Notes: generated from the letters alone by a model not told the origin. DNA of 32,000 nt from Candidatus Methylomirabilis oxygeniifera (GCA_000091165.1 FP565575.1:1470001-1502000); one strand, 5' to 3'. Positions 1-6,825 are shown, numbered from the stretch's first letter. Made by a program: numbers and translations.

Positions 1-256
1 CACGATGTCTGGCCAGGCGCACCTCGCCCACAGCCGGATCGAGGAGCCAGATCTCCCCGGCCTCCATCTCTGTGACCGTCAAGGTGGCATCGAGGACCCG
101 ATCGAGGACCTCGGTGAGGGCCAACGAGCTGCTGGCGGCTTGCCCAACCCTGCTGAGGGCCTCGAGTTGGTTCGTGCGTCGTCTGTATTGCTCGACCTGC
201 GCCTGCAACGCGGCGTCGGATCGGGCTTGCTCCGCGGAGAACGTCTCTTCCGGCAT
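1..256 (-). CDS. GAF-domain protein paralog, first ~85 codons only (gene runs off the window at coordinate 1; absent from the ORF track because truncated)
   Basis: Minus-strand ATG at 256. Translation MPEETFSAEQARSDAALQAQVEQYRRRTNQLEALSRVGQAASSSLALTEVLDRVLDATLTVTEMEAGEIWLLDPAVGEVRLARH aligns with the N-terminal GAF region of the 715..1461 protein (LEALRIVGQI...ILERILDVTVTILEMEAGEICLLDRIRGEV). Nucleotide similarity between ~30-110 and ~1240-1320 is visible. Confidence 0.6.
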   Translation of the reverse strand, partial: MPEETFSAEQARSDAALQAQVEQYRRRTNQLEALSRVGQAASSSLALTEVLDRVLDATLTVTEMEAGEIWLLDPAVGEVRLARHR

Positions 257-390
257 AACTATGCTCCACTCTCTCGACGGCGGACACCGTGGTCACAGAT
301 CCGCCTACGTGTCAGTTCCCCTATCCTGGTTGCACAATCGGTCACTCCGACCGGTATCCCCATGGATGATCCGCCCGCGTACCGACGAAC

Positions 391-407
391 ATGCAAAATC
401 AACGCCA
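391..407 (-). promoter_or_regulatory. sigma-54 (-24/-12) promoter candidate for the truncated GAF gene
   Basis: Minus strand reads TGGCGT-TGATT-TTGCAT. GG and GC are spaced exactly as in the TGGCAC-N5-TTGCW consensus, ~135 nt upstream of the ATG at 256. Confidence 0.5.
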
Positions 408-467
408 CACTGCTTCTCTCCGATCCTCATGCTTGAGAGGCCCGACAGGTAACGGCTCGTGTGTATC

Positions 468-510
468 CGGAAACACAAAAGCCTTTCATCGAAGATCCGA
501 TGAAAGGCTT
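468..510 (-). terminator. Intrinsic terminator T1 (module M1)
   Basis: Perfect 13-bp stem AAGCCTTTCATCG/CGATGAAAGGCTT (479-491 / 498-510) with a 6-nt loop, followed on the minus strand by TTTTGTGTTT. Confidence 0.75.
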
Positions 511-545
511 CATCGCCCTCTCTCACGACACCGCCATCAGCACCG
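504..545 (-). promoter_or_regulatory. Twin hexaloop hairpins P1/P2 of module M1 (candidate ANTAR-binding antiterminator)
   Basis: Minus strand: P1 is CGGTGCT[GATGGC]GGTGTCG (526-545), linker TGAGAG, P2 is AGGGC[GATGAA]GCCTT (504-519). The P2 3' strand plus loop are the first bases of the T1 stem. Confidence 0.5.
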
Positions 546-668
546 TTGGCAAGAGATCCACGCCCTGAGAGTGGTATCACCCTCAGGCCTCGATTGCCTG
601 AGAGCCGTCAACTACGAGTGTGCACAACTCGACCGCTTTGTCACCAACCTCGCGTCGAGTTGAACGAC

Positions 669-698
669 AGTATAGATGACATCGTGCGCGACTGTCAA
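669..698 (-). promoter_or_regulatory. sigma-70 promoter of module M1
   Basis: Minus strand TTGACA-N18-TATACT, starting 17 nt after the stop codon of the 715..1461 gene. The predicted transcript is ~190 nt up to T1. Confidence 0.6.
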
Positions 699-714
699 GT
701 TCCCGTCGCGCCGC

Positions 715-1461
715 CTAATTCACATTATAAGAGCTGAGCATCTGCAGCGCCCTTAACGCGTTGTGGCAGTCGCGGGCGATGCCGGTCTCCGGCTCGTCCG
801 TCGCCCGCAGTCGCGCTGTGGCGACTAACTGATTCTGGGTGCACTGCACCTGTTCAATCTTTGCCGTAAGCTGCTCGATAGAACGCCTGAGTTCCTCGTA
901 CAGGCAGGCGTCCGCCGCAACCATTCCCACGGCTGCTCCGATCGTGATCAGGAGGCGTAGATCTGCCTCTGTGAACGAGCGCGCCCGACACGCGGCGATA
1001 TCGAGGGAACCGATGACCTCCCCTTTGGCCCGCAGCGGGACGGCCACGAAGGTCTTGAAGCCGGCCGTGACCACGCTGCGCCGGAGAAAGCGAGGCTCTT
1101 CCGCCAGATCGGTAATGACCACGGGCTCCCCGGTCTCCACCACCAGCCCGGGAATCCCTTCACCGACGGCAAACCGCGTGCGTTCCAGGAAGGCCTCCTC
1201 GATAAGGCCGTAATGCCGCTCGACGCACACCTCTCCTCGGATCCTATCGAGCAGACAGATCTCCCCGGCCTCCATCTCCAGAATCGTCACGGTCACGTCG
1301 AGGATCCGCTCGAGAATTTGATGGATCGGCAGCGAACCGGTGATGATCTGGCCGACAATGCGAAGAGCCTCCAGGTGTCTGGTGTGGTAGAGGTGCTGTC
1401 TTACCATGGTCTCTACGTCAGCATACAACTTAGTCCCCTTCACCGTCGCCCCCTCCTCCAT
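715..1461 (-). CDS. GAF-domain protein ending in a HisKA_3-like H-box helix, with no kinase ATPase domain
   Basis: The ORF 715..1494 opens with GTG. An ATG at 1461 (or GTG at 1464) follows a GGAAGGAGG SD and is the likelier start. GAF-like core: ...LEMEAGEICLLD...FVAVPLRAKGEVIGSLDIA.... After a coiled coil the C-terminus reads GIARDCHNALRALQML, resembling the IARELHD..aQ.L phospho-acceptor helix; the protein stops 10 aa later. Confidence 0.7.
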   Translation of the reverse strand: MEEGATVKGTKLYADVETMVRQHLYHTRHLEALRIVGQIITGSLPIHQILERILDVTVTILEMEAGEICLLDRIRGEVCVERHYGLIEEAFLERTRFAVGEGIPGLVVETGEPVVITDLAEEPRFLRRSVVTAGFKTFVAVPLRAKGEVIGSLDIAACRARSFTEADLRLLITIGAAVGMVAADACLYEELRRSIEQLTAKIEQVQCTQNQLVATARLRATDEPETGIARDCHNALRALQMLSSYNVN

Positions 1462-1490
1462 CACGGCCCGCCTCCTTCCGGGGTATCCAT

Positions 1491-2261
1491 TCACGGCATC
1501 TCCCCGGCCTGCACAATGATCTGCGCAACCGCCGCCAGCCTGAGGTTGCGCGCCTGGCTCTCCCGCTGCAGTTTTCGCATCGCCTCGGCCTCAGATAGTC
1601 GCAGCCGCTCCATAAGGATCCCTTTCGCCTTCTCGACCAGCTTTCGCTCCTCGAGCGCCGTCTCCAGCTCCCGCGTCCGCTGTTCCAAATACCGGACCTT
1701 CGCCTGGAGCTGGCGCACCGTCGCCTCGGAGAAGCGCTCCGGTTGGCCGCCGGGCTCGGGGGCGGGGCCGCCCTGCGCCGGCCGGTCGACGGCGACGGCC
1801 CCCGTCTCGGCCTCCGCGGTGGGCTGCAGGTACAGCCGGACGTCGCAGCCCTCGCGCGCCGCCGTGTCCCGCGGCGCGACTACCACCTTGCCGTAGCCGA
1901 AGCGCTCCGCGGCTATCCGCCGGAGGCTCTCCCACCACAGGTGGCAGAGGGGCGCCGTCTGTCCGCCCTCGTCGCGGCATATCGTACAGGTGAAGCGGAT
2001 ATGATCGGGCGCCACCCGGTACTGCATCGCGCCGCCCAGTTGCTGCGCCAGTCGGACGACGGCCTTGGCGTAGGTGTCCGGGGTGAGGGGTGACGGCGCG
2101 TCCTCGCACGGCGCCTCCGCCATACGCAGGAGGCGGGCGGCGGCGCGCAGGGCCTGCTGCCGTCCCTGCGAGTTGCCCCACTCGTCCAGCAGGCCCGCCG
2201 TGTGCCCGATGAAGTCGCGCAGGAGCGGGACGCGCTTCCCAAGGATCTGCTCATTCACCAT
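1491..2261 (-). CDS. ANTAR-domain RNA-binding antiterminator with an uncharacterised Cys-containing N-terminal domain
   Basis: The C-terminal LEERKLVEKAKGILMERLRLSEAEAMRKLQRESQARNLRLAAVAQIIVQ matches the ANTAR signature (eRk.IeqAKGiLm...s..eAf..Lr..S...n.kl..vA..iv). It is preceded by a coiled coil. The N-terminal ~150 aa carry FTCTICRDEGGQTAPLCH. The stop overlaps the GTG at 1494 of the next ORF. Confidence 0.8.
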   Translation of the reverse strand: MVNEQILGKRVPLLRDFIGHTAGLLDEWGNSQGRQQALRAAARLLRMAEAPCEDAPSPLTPDTYAKAVVRLAQQLGGAMQYRVAPDHIRFTCTICRDEGGQTAPLCHLWWESLRRIAAERFGYGKVVVAPRDTAAREGCDVRLYLQPTAEAETGAVAVDRPAQGGPAPEPGGQPERFSEATVRQLQAKVRYLEQRTRELETALEERKLVEKAKGILMERLRLSEAEAMRKLQRESQARNLRLAAVAQIIVQAGEMP

Positions 2262-2280
2262 GCTCGCCTACTCCCTACCT

Positions 2281-2327
2281 CCACAAAGACAAAAGCCTCG
2301 CATCCAAGACGAATCGATGCAAGGCTT
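2281..2327 (-). terminator. Intrinsic terminator T2 (module M2) in the leader of the ANTAR gene
   Basis: Minus strand: 12-bp stem AAGCCTTGCATC/GATGCGAGGCTT (one G-U pair), 11-nt loop, then TTTTGTCTTTGTGG. It ends 20 nt before the ANTAR ATG. Confidence 0.7.
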
Positions 2328-2363
2328 CATCACCTTCCCCCCTTAGCCACCATCATCAGTACC
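2321..2363 (-). promoter_or_regulatory. Twin hexaloop hairpins P1/P2 of module M2
   Basis: Minus strand: P1 core ACT[GATGAT]GGT within GGTACTGATGATGGTGGCT (2345-2363; the stem extension is imperfect), linker AAGGGGGG, P2 is AAGGT[GATGAA]GCCTT (2321-2336) overlapping the T2 stem. Confidence 0.45.
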
Positions 2364-2443
2364 CCAGGGGACACACACGATTATATGCTTCCGGCAATCC
2401 GACCGGCTTACGGCTTGATGTTGATCTCACTTTCCTCACATAA

Positions 2444-2472
2444 AGTATAGACCCATGCGTCAGCGAGGTCAA
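2444..2472 (-). promoter_or_regulatory. sigma-70 promoter of module M2 / ANTAR operon
   Basis: Minus strand TTGACC-N17-TATACT in the only AT-rich patch of the 625-bp divergent intergenic region. It predicts a ~175-nt leader. Confidence 0.65.
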
Positions 2473-2547
2473 TATGCCGCCTGAGTCCATCGGGTGGAGG
2501 GTGAGGGATCGGCACATCACTTGCTTCTCATCACACGCGAATGGGGT

Positions 2548-2577
2548 TAAGCGGGGGACCGAAGCCGCCGATATACA
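2548..2577 (+). promoter_or_regulatory. sigma-28 (FliA/SigD)-like promoter candidate upstream of module M3 and the first MCP gene
   Basis: TAAG-N15-GCCGATAT compared with the consensus TAAA-N15-GCCGATAA/T: the -10 octamer matches completely and the -35 matches 3 of 4. The -10 overlaps TATACA, similar to the TATACT -10 of M1 and M2. Confidence 0.4.
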
Positions 2578-2733
2578 CAACAGCGCGTTGCGTCGGTCGA
2601 CGACGCGCCGCTGCTGCCGACCGGAAAGATTTGCCGCTCTGCGGATCGCTTTTTCCGGAGGAGCGCTCCTGGTCGAACGTAAGTCAGTCAGACCCTGATA
2701 GCGTCGGGACTATCAGGGCGGCGTAATCTCCCC

Positions 2734-2775
2734 GGCTACTGATGAGGGTGGCCAGGGACAGGGTGACGAAGCCTT
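2734..2775 (+). promoter_or_regulatory. Twin hexaloop hairpins P1/P2 of module M3
   Basis: P1 is GGCTACT[GATGAG]GGTGGCC (2734-2753; 7 bp including G-U pairs), linker AGGGAC, P2 is AGGGT[GACGAA]GCCTT (2760-2775) overlapping the T3 stem. Confidence 0.5.
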
Positions 2776-2810
2776 TCATCGAATGATCGATGAAAGGCTT
2801 TTATATTTTG
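2769..2810 (+). terminator. Intrinsic terminator T3 (module M3), 77 nt upstream of the first MCP start codon
   Basis: Perfect 14-bp stem AAGCCTTTCATCGA/TCGATGAAAGGCTT with loop ATGA, followed by TTATATTTTG. The U-tract is on the plus strand only. Confidence 0.75.
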
Positions 2811-2886
2811 TGGCGCAGTAGATCACAGCAAACGGAGCCGGATCCCGAAACGGGAGGTCAGGCTCGCACTATGAGAGGAGAGGATC

Positions 2887-4593
2887 ATGCAGCGGTTTAA
2901 GAATCTCAAGACCATGACCAAATTGTTGCTGGCGTTCGCGATCGTCAGCGTCATCGCAGGCGCGCTGGGCTACTTAGGCATCCGCAACATGGGCATCATG
3001 AACGCCGGCACCGAAAATATCTATCAGGTGCAACTCCTGCCCAGCCTTGAGTTGGCCAGAATGCGCGGCCTCTCGCTCCAGATCCGAGCCCGGGTATGGC
3101 AAGCCATCGCCGCCCCCACCCTCACTGAGGCCATGGATTCGATCGATCGAATCCATGACCTGCAGAAGGAACTCGACGAGGCGCGTGAACAGTTTGTCCC
3201 AACCATCCGGAGCCAGGAGGTACGGGAGACCTTTGAAACCTATGTGAAGGCCGACAAGGAATACGAGACCGTCAGAGAAGAGGGAACCATCAAGGCCATC
3301 CTGGCCGGTAACCGCGAAGCCACCATGACGGCGGCCAAGGTCGCCGGTGAGAAGCTCCAGGTCTCTAACCAGGCCCTCAACCACGTCATCGAGGTCAAAA
3401 AGGGCATCGCGACGAAAAAGTTTGAGGAGGCGCAGTCGGTGTACGCCTCAAGCCGGGTCACGATGATCGGCTTCGTCGTCGGCGGTCTACTGATCGGTCT
3501 GGCGCTGGGATACTTCATCGCGAACCTGATCGCTCAAGCGCTGAAGCGGATCATGGCGGCCACGGAGCTGGCTGCCTCCGGCGATCTCACGGTGCGGATT
3601 GCGGTAGACACCAAGGACGAACTCGGCCTGATGGGGGCGGCATTCAACCGGATGCTGGAGAGTTTCCACGACAGCATGCGGGAGGTGCAACAGGCCTCCA
3701 ACCATACCGCCGCCGCCTCCCAACAGCTCGCCGCCGGCAGCGAGGAGCTCTCCAGCGGCGCCCAGGAGCAGGCTGCCTCCCTGGAAGAGACGGCCGCCTC
3801 TCTGGAACAGATGACCTCGACCGTCAAGCAGAACGCCGACAACGCCCGCCAGGCCAACCAGATGGCGGTCAGCACACGGAACGAGGCCGAGCAGGGCGGA
3901 AGTGTGGTCCAGGCTGCCGTGGCCTCCATGGAGGCGATCAGCGCCTCCTCCAAGCAGATTGCCGCCATCATCACCACCATCGACGAAATCGCCTTCCAGA
4001 CCAACCTGCTGGCGCTGAATGCCGCCGTCGAAGCCGCCCGCGCCGGGGAGCAGGGCCGGGGCTTTGCCGTGGTGGCCAGCGAGGTCCGGGCGCTTGCCCA
4101 GCGATCCGCCGCCGCCTCCAAGGAGATCAAGGCGCTGATCACCGACTCCGTCGCGAAGGTCGAAGACGGGGCCAGGCTGGTCCATCAGTCCGGCGACACC
4201 CTGACCGAGATCATGGCCTCTATCAAGAAGGTGGCCGACCTTGTCGCCGAGATCTCGGCCGCCTCGCAGGAGCAGGCGCAGGGGATCGAGCAGGTCAACA
4301 AGGCCGTCACCCAGATGGATAGTGTCACCCAAAGCAACGCCGCCCAGACCGAGCAACTCAGCTCAACCGCGCAGTCGCTGGCAGCGCAGGCCGAGGAGCT
4401 GTCGGCCCAGGTGGCGAAGTTTAAGTTAGCATATGGGGCAGCGGTCGGCTCTCAGCCGTCCGCCGTCAGCCAGGAACCGAGGAGTAAGGTCGTGCCCTTC
4501 AAAGGCAAGGCGAGGAGCAAGAGCGACGCGCCCAAGGTTGTGGCAGCCGCCACCGGGACCGATGCCGCGTACGGCACGTTTGAGGAGTTCTAG
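2887..4593 (+). CDS. Methyl-accepting chemotaxis protein, four-helix-bundle (4HB_MCP-like) sensor + HAMP + signalling domain
   Basis: GAGAGGAGAGG SD before the ATG. N-terminal TM segment ([20 protein letters not shown]), a ~160-aa helical periplasmic region, a second TM and a HAMP domain. Canonical hairpin tip [42 protein letters not shown]-terminal sequence TFEEF. Confidence 0.9.
   Translation: MQRFKNLKTMTKLLLAFAIVSVIAGALGYLGIRNMGIMNAGTENIYQVQLLPSLELARMRGLSLQIRARVWQAIAAPTLTEAMDSIDRIHDLQKELDEAREQFVPTIRSQEVRETFETYVKADKEYETVREEGTIKAILAGNREATMTAAKVAGEKLQVSNQALNHVIEVKKGIATKKFEEAQSVYASSRVTMIGFVVGGLLIGLALGYFIANLIAQALKRIMAATELAASGDLTVRIAVDTKDELGLMGAAFNRMLESFHDSMREVQQASNHTAAASQQLAAGSEELSSGAQEQAASLEETAASLEQMTSTVKQNADNARQANQMAVSTRNEAEQGGSVVQAAVASMEAISASSKQIAAIITTIDEIAFQTNLLALNAAVEAARAGEQGRGFAVVASEVRALAQRSAAASKEIKALITDSVAKVEDGARLVHQSGDTLTEIMASIKKVADLVAEISAASQEQAQGIEQVNKAVTQMDSVTQSNAAQTEQLSSTAQSLAAQAEELSAQVAKFKLAYGAAVGSQPSAVSQEPRSKVVPFKGKARSKSDAPKVVAAATGTDAAYGTFEEF
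3574..4593 (+). repeat. Copy 1 of the duplicated MCP HAMP/signalling module (~1.02 kb)
   Basis: Colinear with 5788..6807 and of equal length (339 codons). By eye ~90% identity at both protein and nucleotide level, with long identical runs. Confidence 0.85.
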
Positions 4594-4601
4594 TAGGTAG
4601 A

Positions 4602-4655
4602 TAGGCTGAAGGCGGGAAGGCTGTTAGGCGACTTCAGTCCTCGGTCTTCAGCCTA
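4602..4655 (+). terminator. Terminator-like hairpin after MCP1, built from GGCTGAAG / CTTCAGCC motifs
   Basis: TAGGCTGAAG (4602-4611) pairs with CTTCAGCCTA (4646-4655). There is no clear U-tract. Confidence 0.35.
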
Positions 4656-4713
4656 AACTCCTGCTTGCAGGCTGAAGACTCACTGTTAAGAGACAAGAGA
4701 GGAATCGAAGATC

Positions 4714-6807
4714 ATGCGGCTACAGTGGTTTAAAAATCGTAACATTAAAACGAAGTTAATACTTGGCTTCGGCTTAGCGGGTCTGGCACTGGTAGCAACA
4801 CCATTGGCTGCGTACGTCATGCAGAGCAGCGGGGAAATTCGAACGGCACGTCTGGAGCTGACCGGGCTCGCGCCGTCCAAAGTGCTACTCAGGGTCGTTC
4901 AGTTGACGCAACAGCACCGCGGGCTCTCATCCAATGTGCTAGGCGGAAACACGGCGATGGAGGCGCAACGGGCTGCCAAGCAGGTCGAGGTAGACAAAGC
5001 GGTCGAGACATTCGACGCAATCGTGAAGTCCGAGATCCATGATTCCGCACTCGCGGGCGCCTGGAGCACAACGGTCGAGCGCTGGAGGGCGTTAGCGAGC
5101 AGCGTTTCGTCGCACGCGATCATCGGCAAAGAGAGTGTGGCCAAGCACACGGCGCTGATCGCCGACAACCTGAAGGTACTCGATCTGACATTGGATTATT
5201 TTGGTCTGTCGCTCGACCCGAGTGCGGATAGCTATCATCTGGTTATGGGAGTATTAGTCTATATGCCGGACCTCACCGAACTGCTCGGACAGGCGCGAGC
5301 GCGCGGTTCGCTCTATCTGGCGACCAAAAGTTTGACCGCTGAGGACCGCGTCGAGCTTGCCGCGATCATCGATACGGCGGACAGACAACACGAACAGGTG
5401 GTACGTGAAATCGATAAGGCGATGGCTCTGAACCCTCAGGTGAAGGCCGCGCTGGCCGGCCTCGTACAAAACGGTGCCGGGCTTGTACAAAAGGCAATGG
5501 ATCTCACCAGGACTCATGTAGTAGAGGCTAAGATCCTCAGCTATCCATCGACCGATTACTTTACGGTGTTTACCCAGGTGATTGACGATCAGTTCAAGCT
5601 GCTTTCTGCAGCGACGGAGGAGCTGGATGCGGCTCTCCAGACGCGCATCGCCGAGCTACGGAGCGGACAGGTCAAGATGCTCGGCATCATCGCGTTGGCG
5701 ATTGCGTTGGCGGTGTGGATGGGGACGGTGATTAGCCGTTCAATCAGCGGCCCGGTGCGCGAGGTGATGGGTGCGACAGAAAAGGCAGCGAGTGGCGACT
5801 TGACCGTTCGTGTCAGCCTCGACAGCAAGGACGAGCTCGGCCTGATGGGCGCGGCCTTGAACCGGATGTTGGATAGCTTCCACGACAGCATGCGGGAGGT
5901 GCAGCAGGCCGCCAACCATACTGCCGCTGCCTCCCAGCAGCTCGCCACCGGGTCCGAGCAACTGAGCAGCGGCGCCCAGGAGCAGGCATCTTCCCTGGAA
6001 GAGACGGCGGCCTCCCTGGAGCAGATGACCTCGACCGTCAAGCAGAACGCCGACAACGGCCGCCAGGCCAATCAGATGGCGGTCAGCGCCCGGGATGGGG
6101 CCGAGCAGGGCGGCGCGGTGGTCCGGGAGGCCGTGGCCTCGATGGAGGCGATTACCCAGTCTTCCAAGCAGATCAGTGCGATTATTACTACTATCGACGA
6201 GATCGCCTTCCAGACCAACCTGCTGGCGCTGAATGCCGCCGTCGAAGCGGCCCGCGCCGGCGAGCAGGGAAGAGGATTTGCCGTCGTGGCCAGCGAGGTT
6301 CGGGCGCTCGCGCAACGCTCGGCGGCGGCCTCCAAGGAGATCAAAGCCCTGATCACCGACTCGGTGGCCAAGGTGGAGGAGGGAGCCGCGCTGGTGAATC
6401 AGTCCGGCAACACCCTAACCGAGATCGTGGCCTCCGTTAAGAAGGTCGCCGACCTGATCGCCGAGATCTCGGCTGCCTCGCAGGAGCAGGCGCAGGGGAT
6501 CGAGCAGGTCAACAAGGCCGTCACCCAGATGGATTCGGTCACTCAGAGCAACGCCGCCCAGACCGAGCAACTCAGCTCAACCGCGCAGTCGCTGGCGGCG
6601 CAGGCGGAGGAACTATCGGCCCAGGTGGCCAAATTCAAGCTGGCAGAGGCAGCCGTCAGCGGTCAGCCGTCAGCGGTCAGCCGTACAACCTCCGCCAAGG
6701 TCATTCCACTGAAAGGCAAGGCCAGGGGCAAGGGTGAAGGGCCCCAGCCAGCGGTCGTGGCGGCCACCGGAACCGATGCGACGTACGGCACGTTTGAGGA
6801 GTTTTAG
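4714..6807 (+). CDS. Methyl-accepting chemotaxis protein with NIT-like (nitrate/nitrite-sensing type) periplasmic domain + HAMP + signalling domain
   Basis: N-terminal TM, then [44 protein letters not shown], which resembles the NIT-domain signature (..LQ.ERG.s...l.s.g......). A ~280-aa helical sensor, a second TM and a HAMP domain follow. The signalling domain is near-identical to MCP1, and the C-terminus is TFEEF. Confidence 0.85.
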   Translation: MRLQWFKNRNIKTKLILGFGLAGLALVATPLAAYVMQSSGEIRTARLELTGLAPSKVLLRVVQLTQQHRGLSSNVLGGNTAMEAQRAAKQVEVDKAVETFDAIVKSEIHDSALAGAWSTTVERWRALASSVSSHAIIGKESVAKHTALIADNLKVLDLTLDYFGLSLDPSADSYHLVMGVLVYMPDLTELLGQARARGSLYLATKSLTAEDRVELAAIIDTADRQHEQVVREIDKAMALNPQVKAALAGLVQNGAGLVQKAMDLTRTHVVEAKILSYPSTDYFTVFTQVIDDQFKLLSAATEELDAALQTRIAELRSGQVKMLGIIALAIALAVWMGTVISRSISGPVREVMGATEKAASGDLTVRVSLDSKDELGLMGAALNRMLDSFHDSMREVQQAANHTAAASQQLATGSEQLSSGAQEQASSLEETAASLEQMTSTVKQNADNGRQANQMAVSARDGAEQGGAVVREAVASMEAITQSSKQISAIITTIDEIAFQTNLLALNAAVEAARAGEQGRGFAVVASEVRALAQRSAAASKEIKALITDSVAKVEEGAALVNQSGNTLTEIVASVKKVADLIAEISAASQEQAQGIEQVNKAVTQMDSVTQSNAAQTEQLSSTAQSLAAQAEELSAQVAKFKLAEAAVSGQPSAVSRTTSAKVIPLKGKARGKGEGPQPAVVAATGTDATYGTFEEF
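5788..6807 (+). repeat. Copy 2 of the duplicated MCP HAMP/signalling module
   Basis: See 3574..4593. Similarity continues into the 3' flank (CTTCAGCCTAAAC vs CTTCAGTCTAAAC). Confidence 0.85.
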
Positions 6808-6825
6808 GAAAGGCTAGAGGGAGAA

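Noticed and set aside
5-452. Plus-strand ORFs 5..436 (143 aa) and 72..452 (126 aa)
   Set aside because: They are antisense to the GAF paralog whose minus-strand translation aligns with the neighbouring GAF protein. Beyond 256 they run through the promoter/leader region. Their Arg/Pro/Ser-rich composition is typical of GC-rich shadow frames.
1591-2254. Alternative-frame and antisense ORFs inside the ANTAR gene (1591..2181, 1743..2093, 1913..2254, also 1213..1896)
   Set aside because: Extreme R/G/A/P composition and no domain-like sequence. The 1491..2261 frame carries an unmistakable ANTAR domain.
2535-2580. Possible GEMM-I c-di-GMP riboswitch (ACGCGAAUGGGGUUAAGCGGGGGACCGAAGCCGCC vaguely resembles …ACGCACAGGGCAAACC…GGGACGCAAAGCC…)
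   Set aside because: The segment is too short to hold the P1 helix with its GNRA tetraloop between the two conserved boxes, and no second hairpin or receptor is evident. The resemblance is probably coincidental and overlaps the sigma-28-like promoter. An Infernal scan with RF01051 would settle it.
2356-2726. ORFs 2356..2580(-), 2474..2698(+), 2541..2726(+) in the divergent intergenic region
   Set aside because: No SD, Arg/Cys-rich junk-like translations, and overlap with the mapped promoter and leader elements. The region is better explained as non-coding leaders.
2262-2886. tRNA, tmRNA, RNase P, SRP or 6S RNA in the 625-bp gene-free region
   Set aside because: No T-loop (GGTTCGAATCC-like), no tmRNA tag frame or CCA-end context, no RNase P GAGGAAAGUCC box, and no SRP GGAA/AGCA motif context were found.
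3487-6371. Long antisense ORFs within both MCP genes (3487..4356, 3534..4142, 5740..6315, 5589..6071, 6072..6371)
   Set aside because: These are mirror frames of the Ala/Glu/Gln-rich coiled-coil signalling domain, and the plus-strand MCP translations are canonical.
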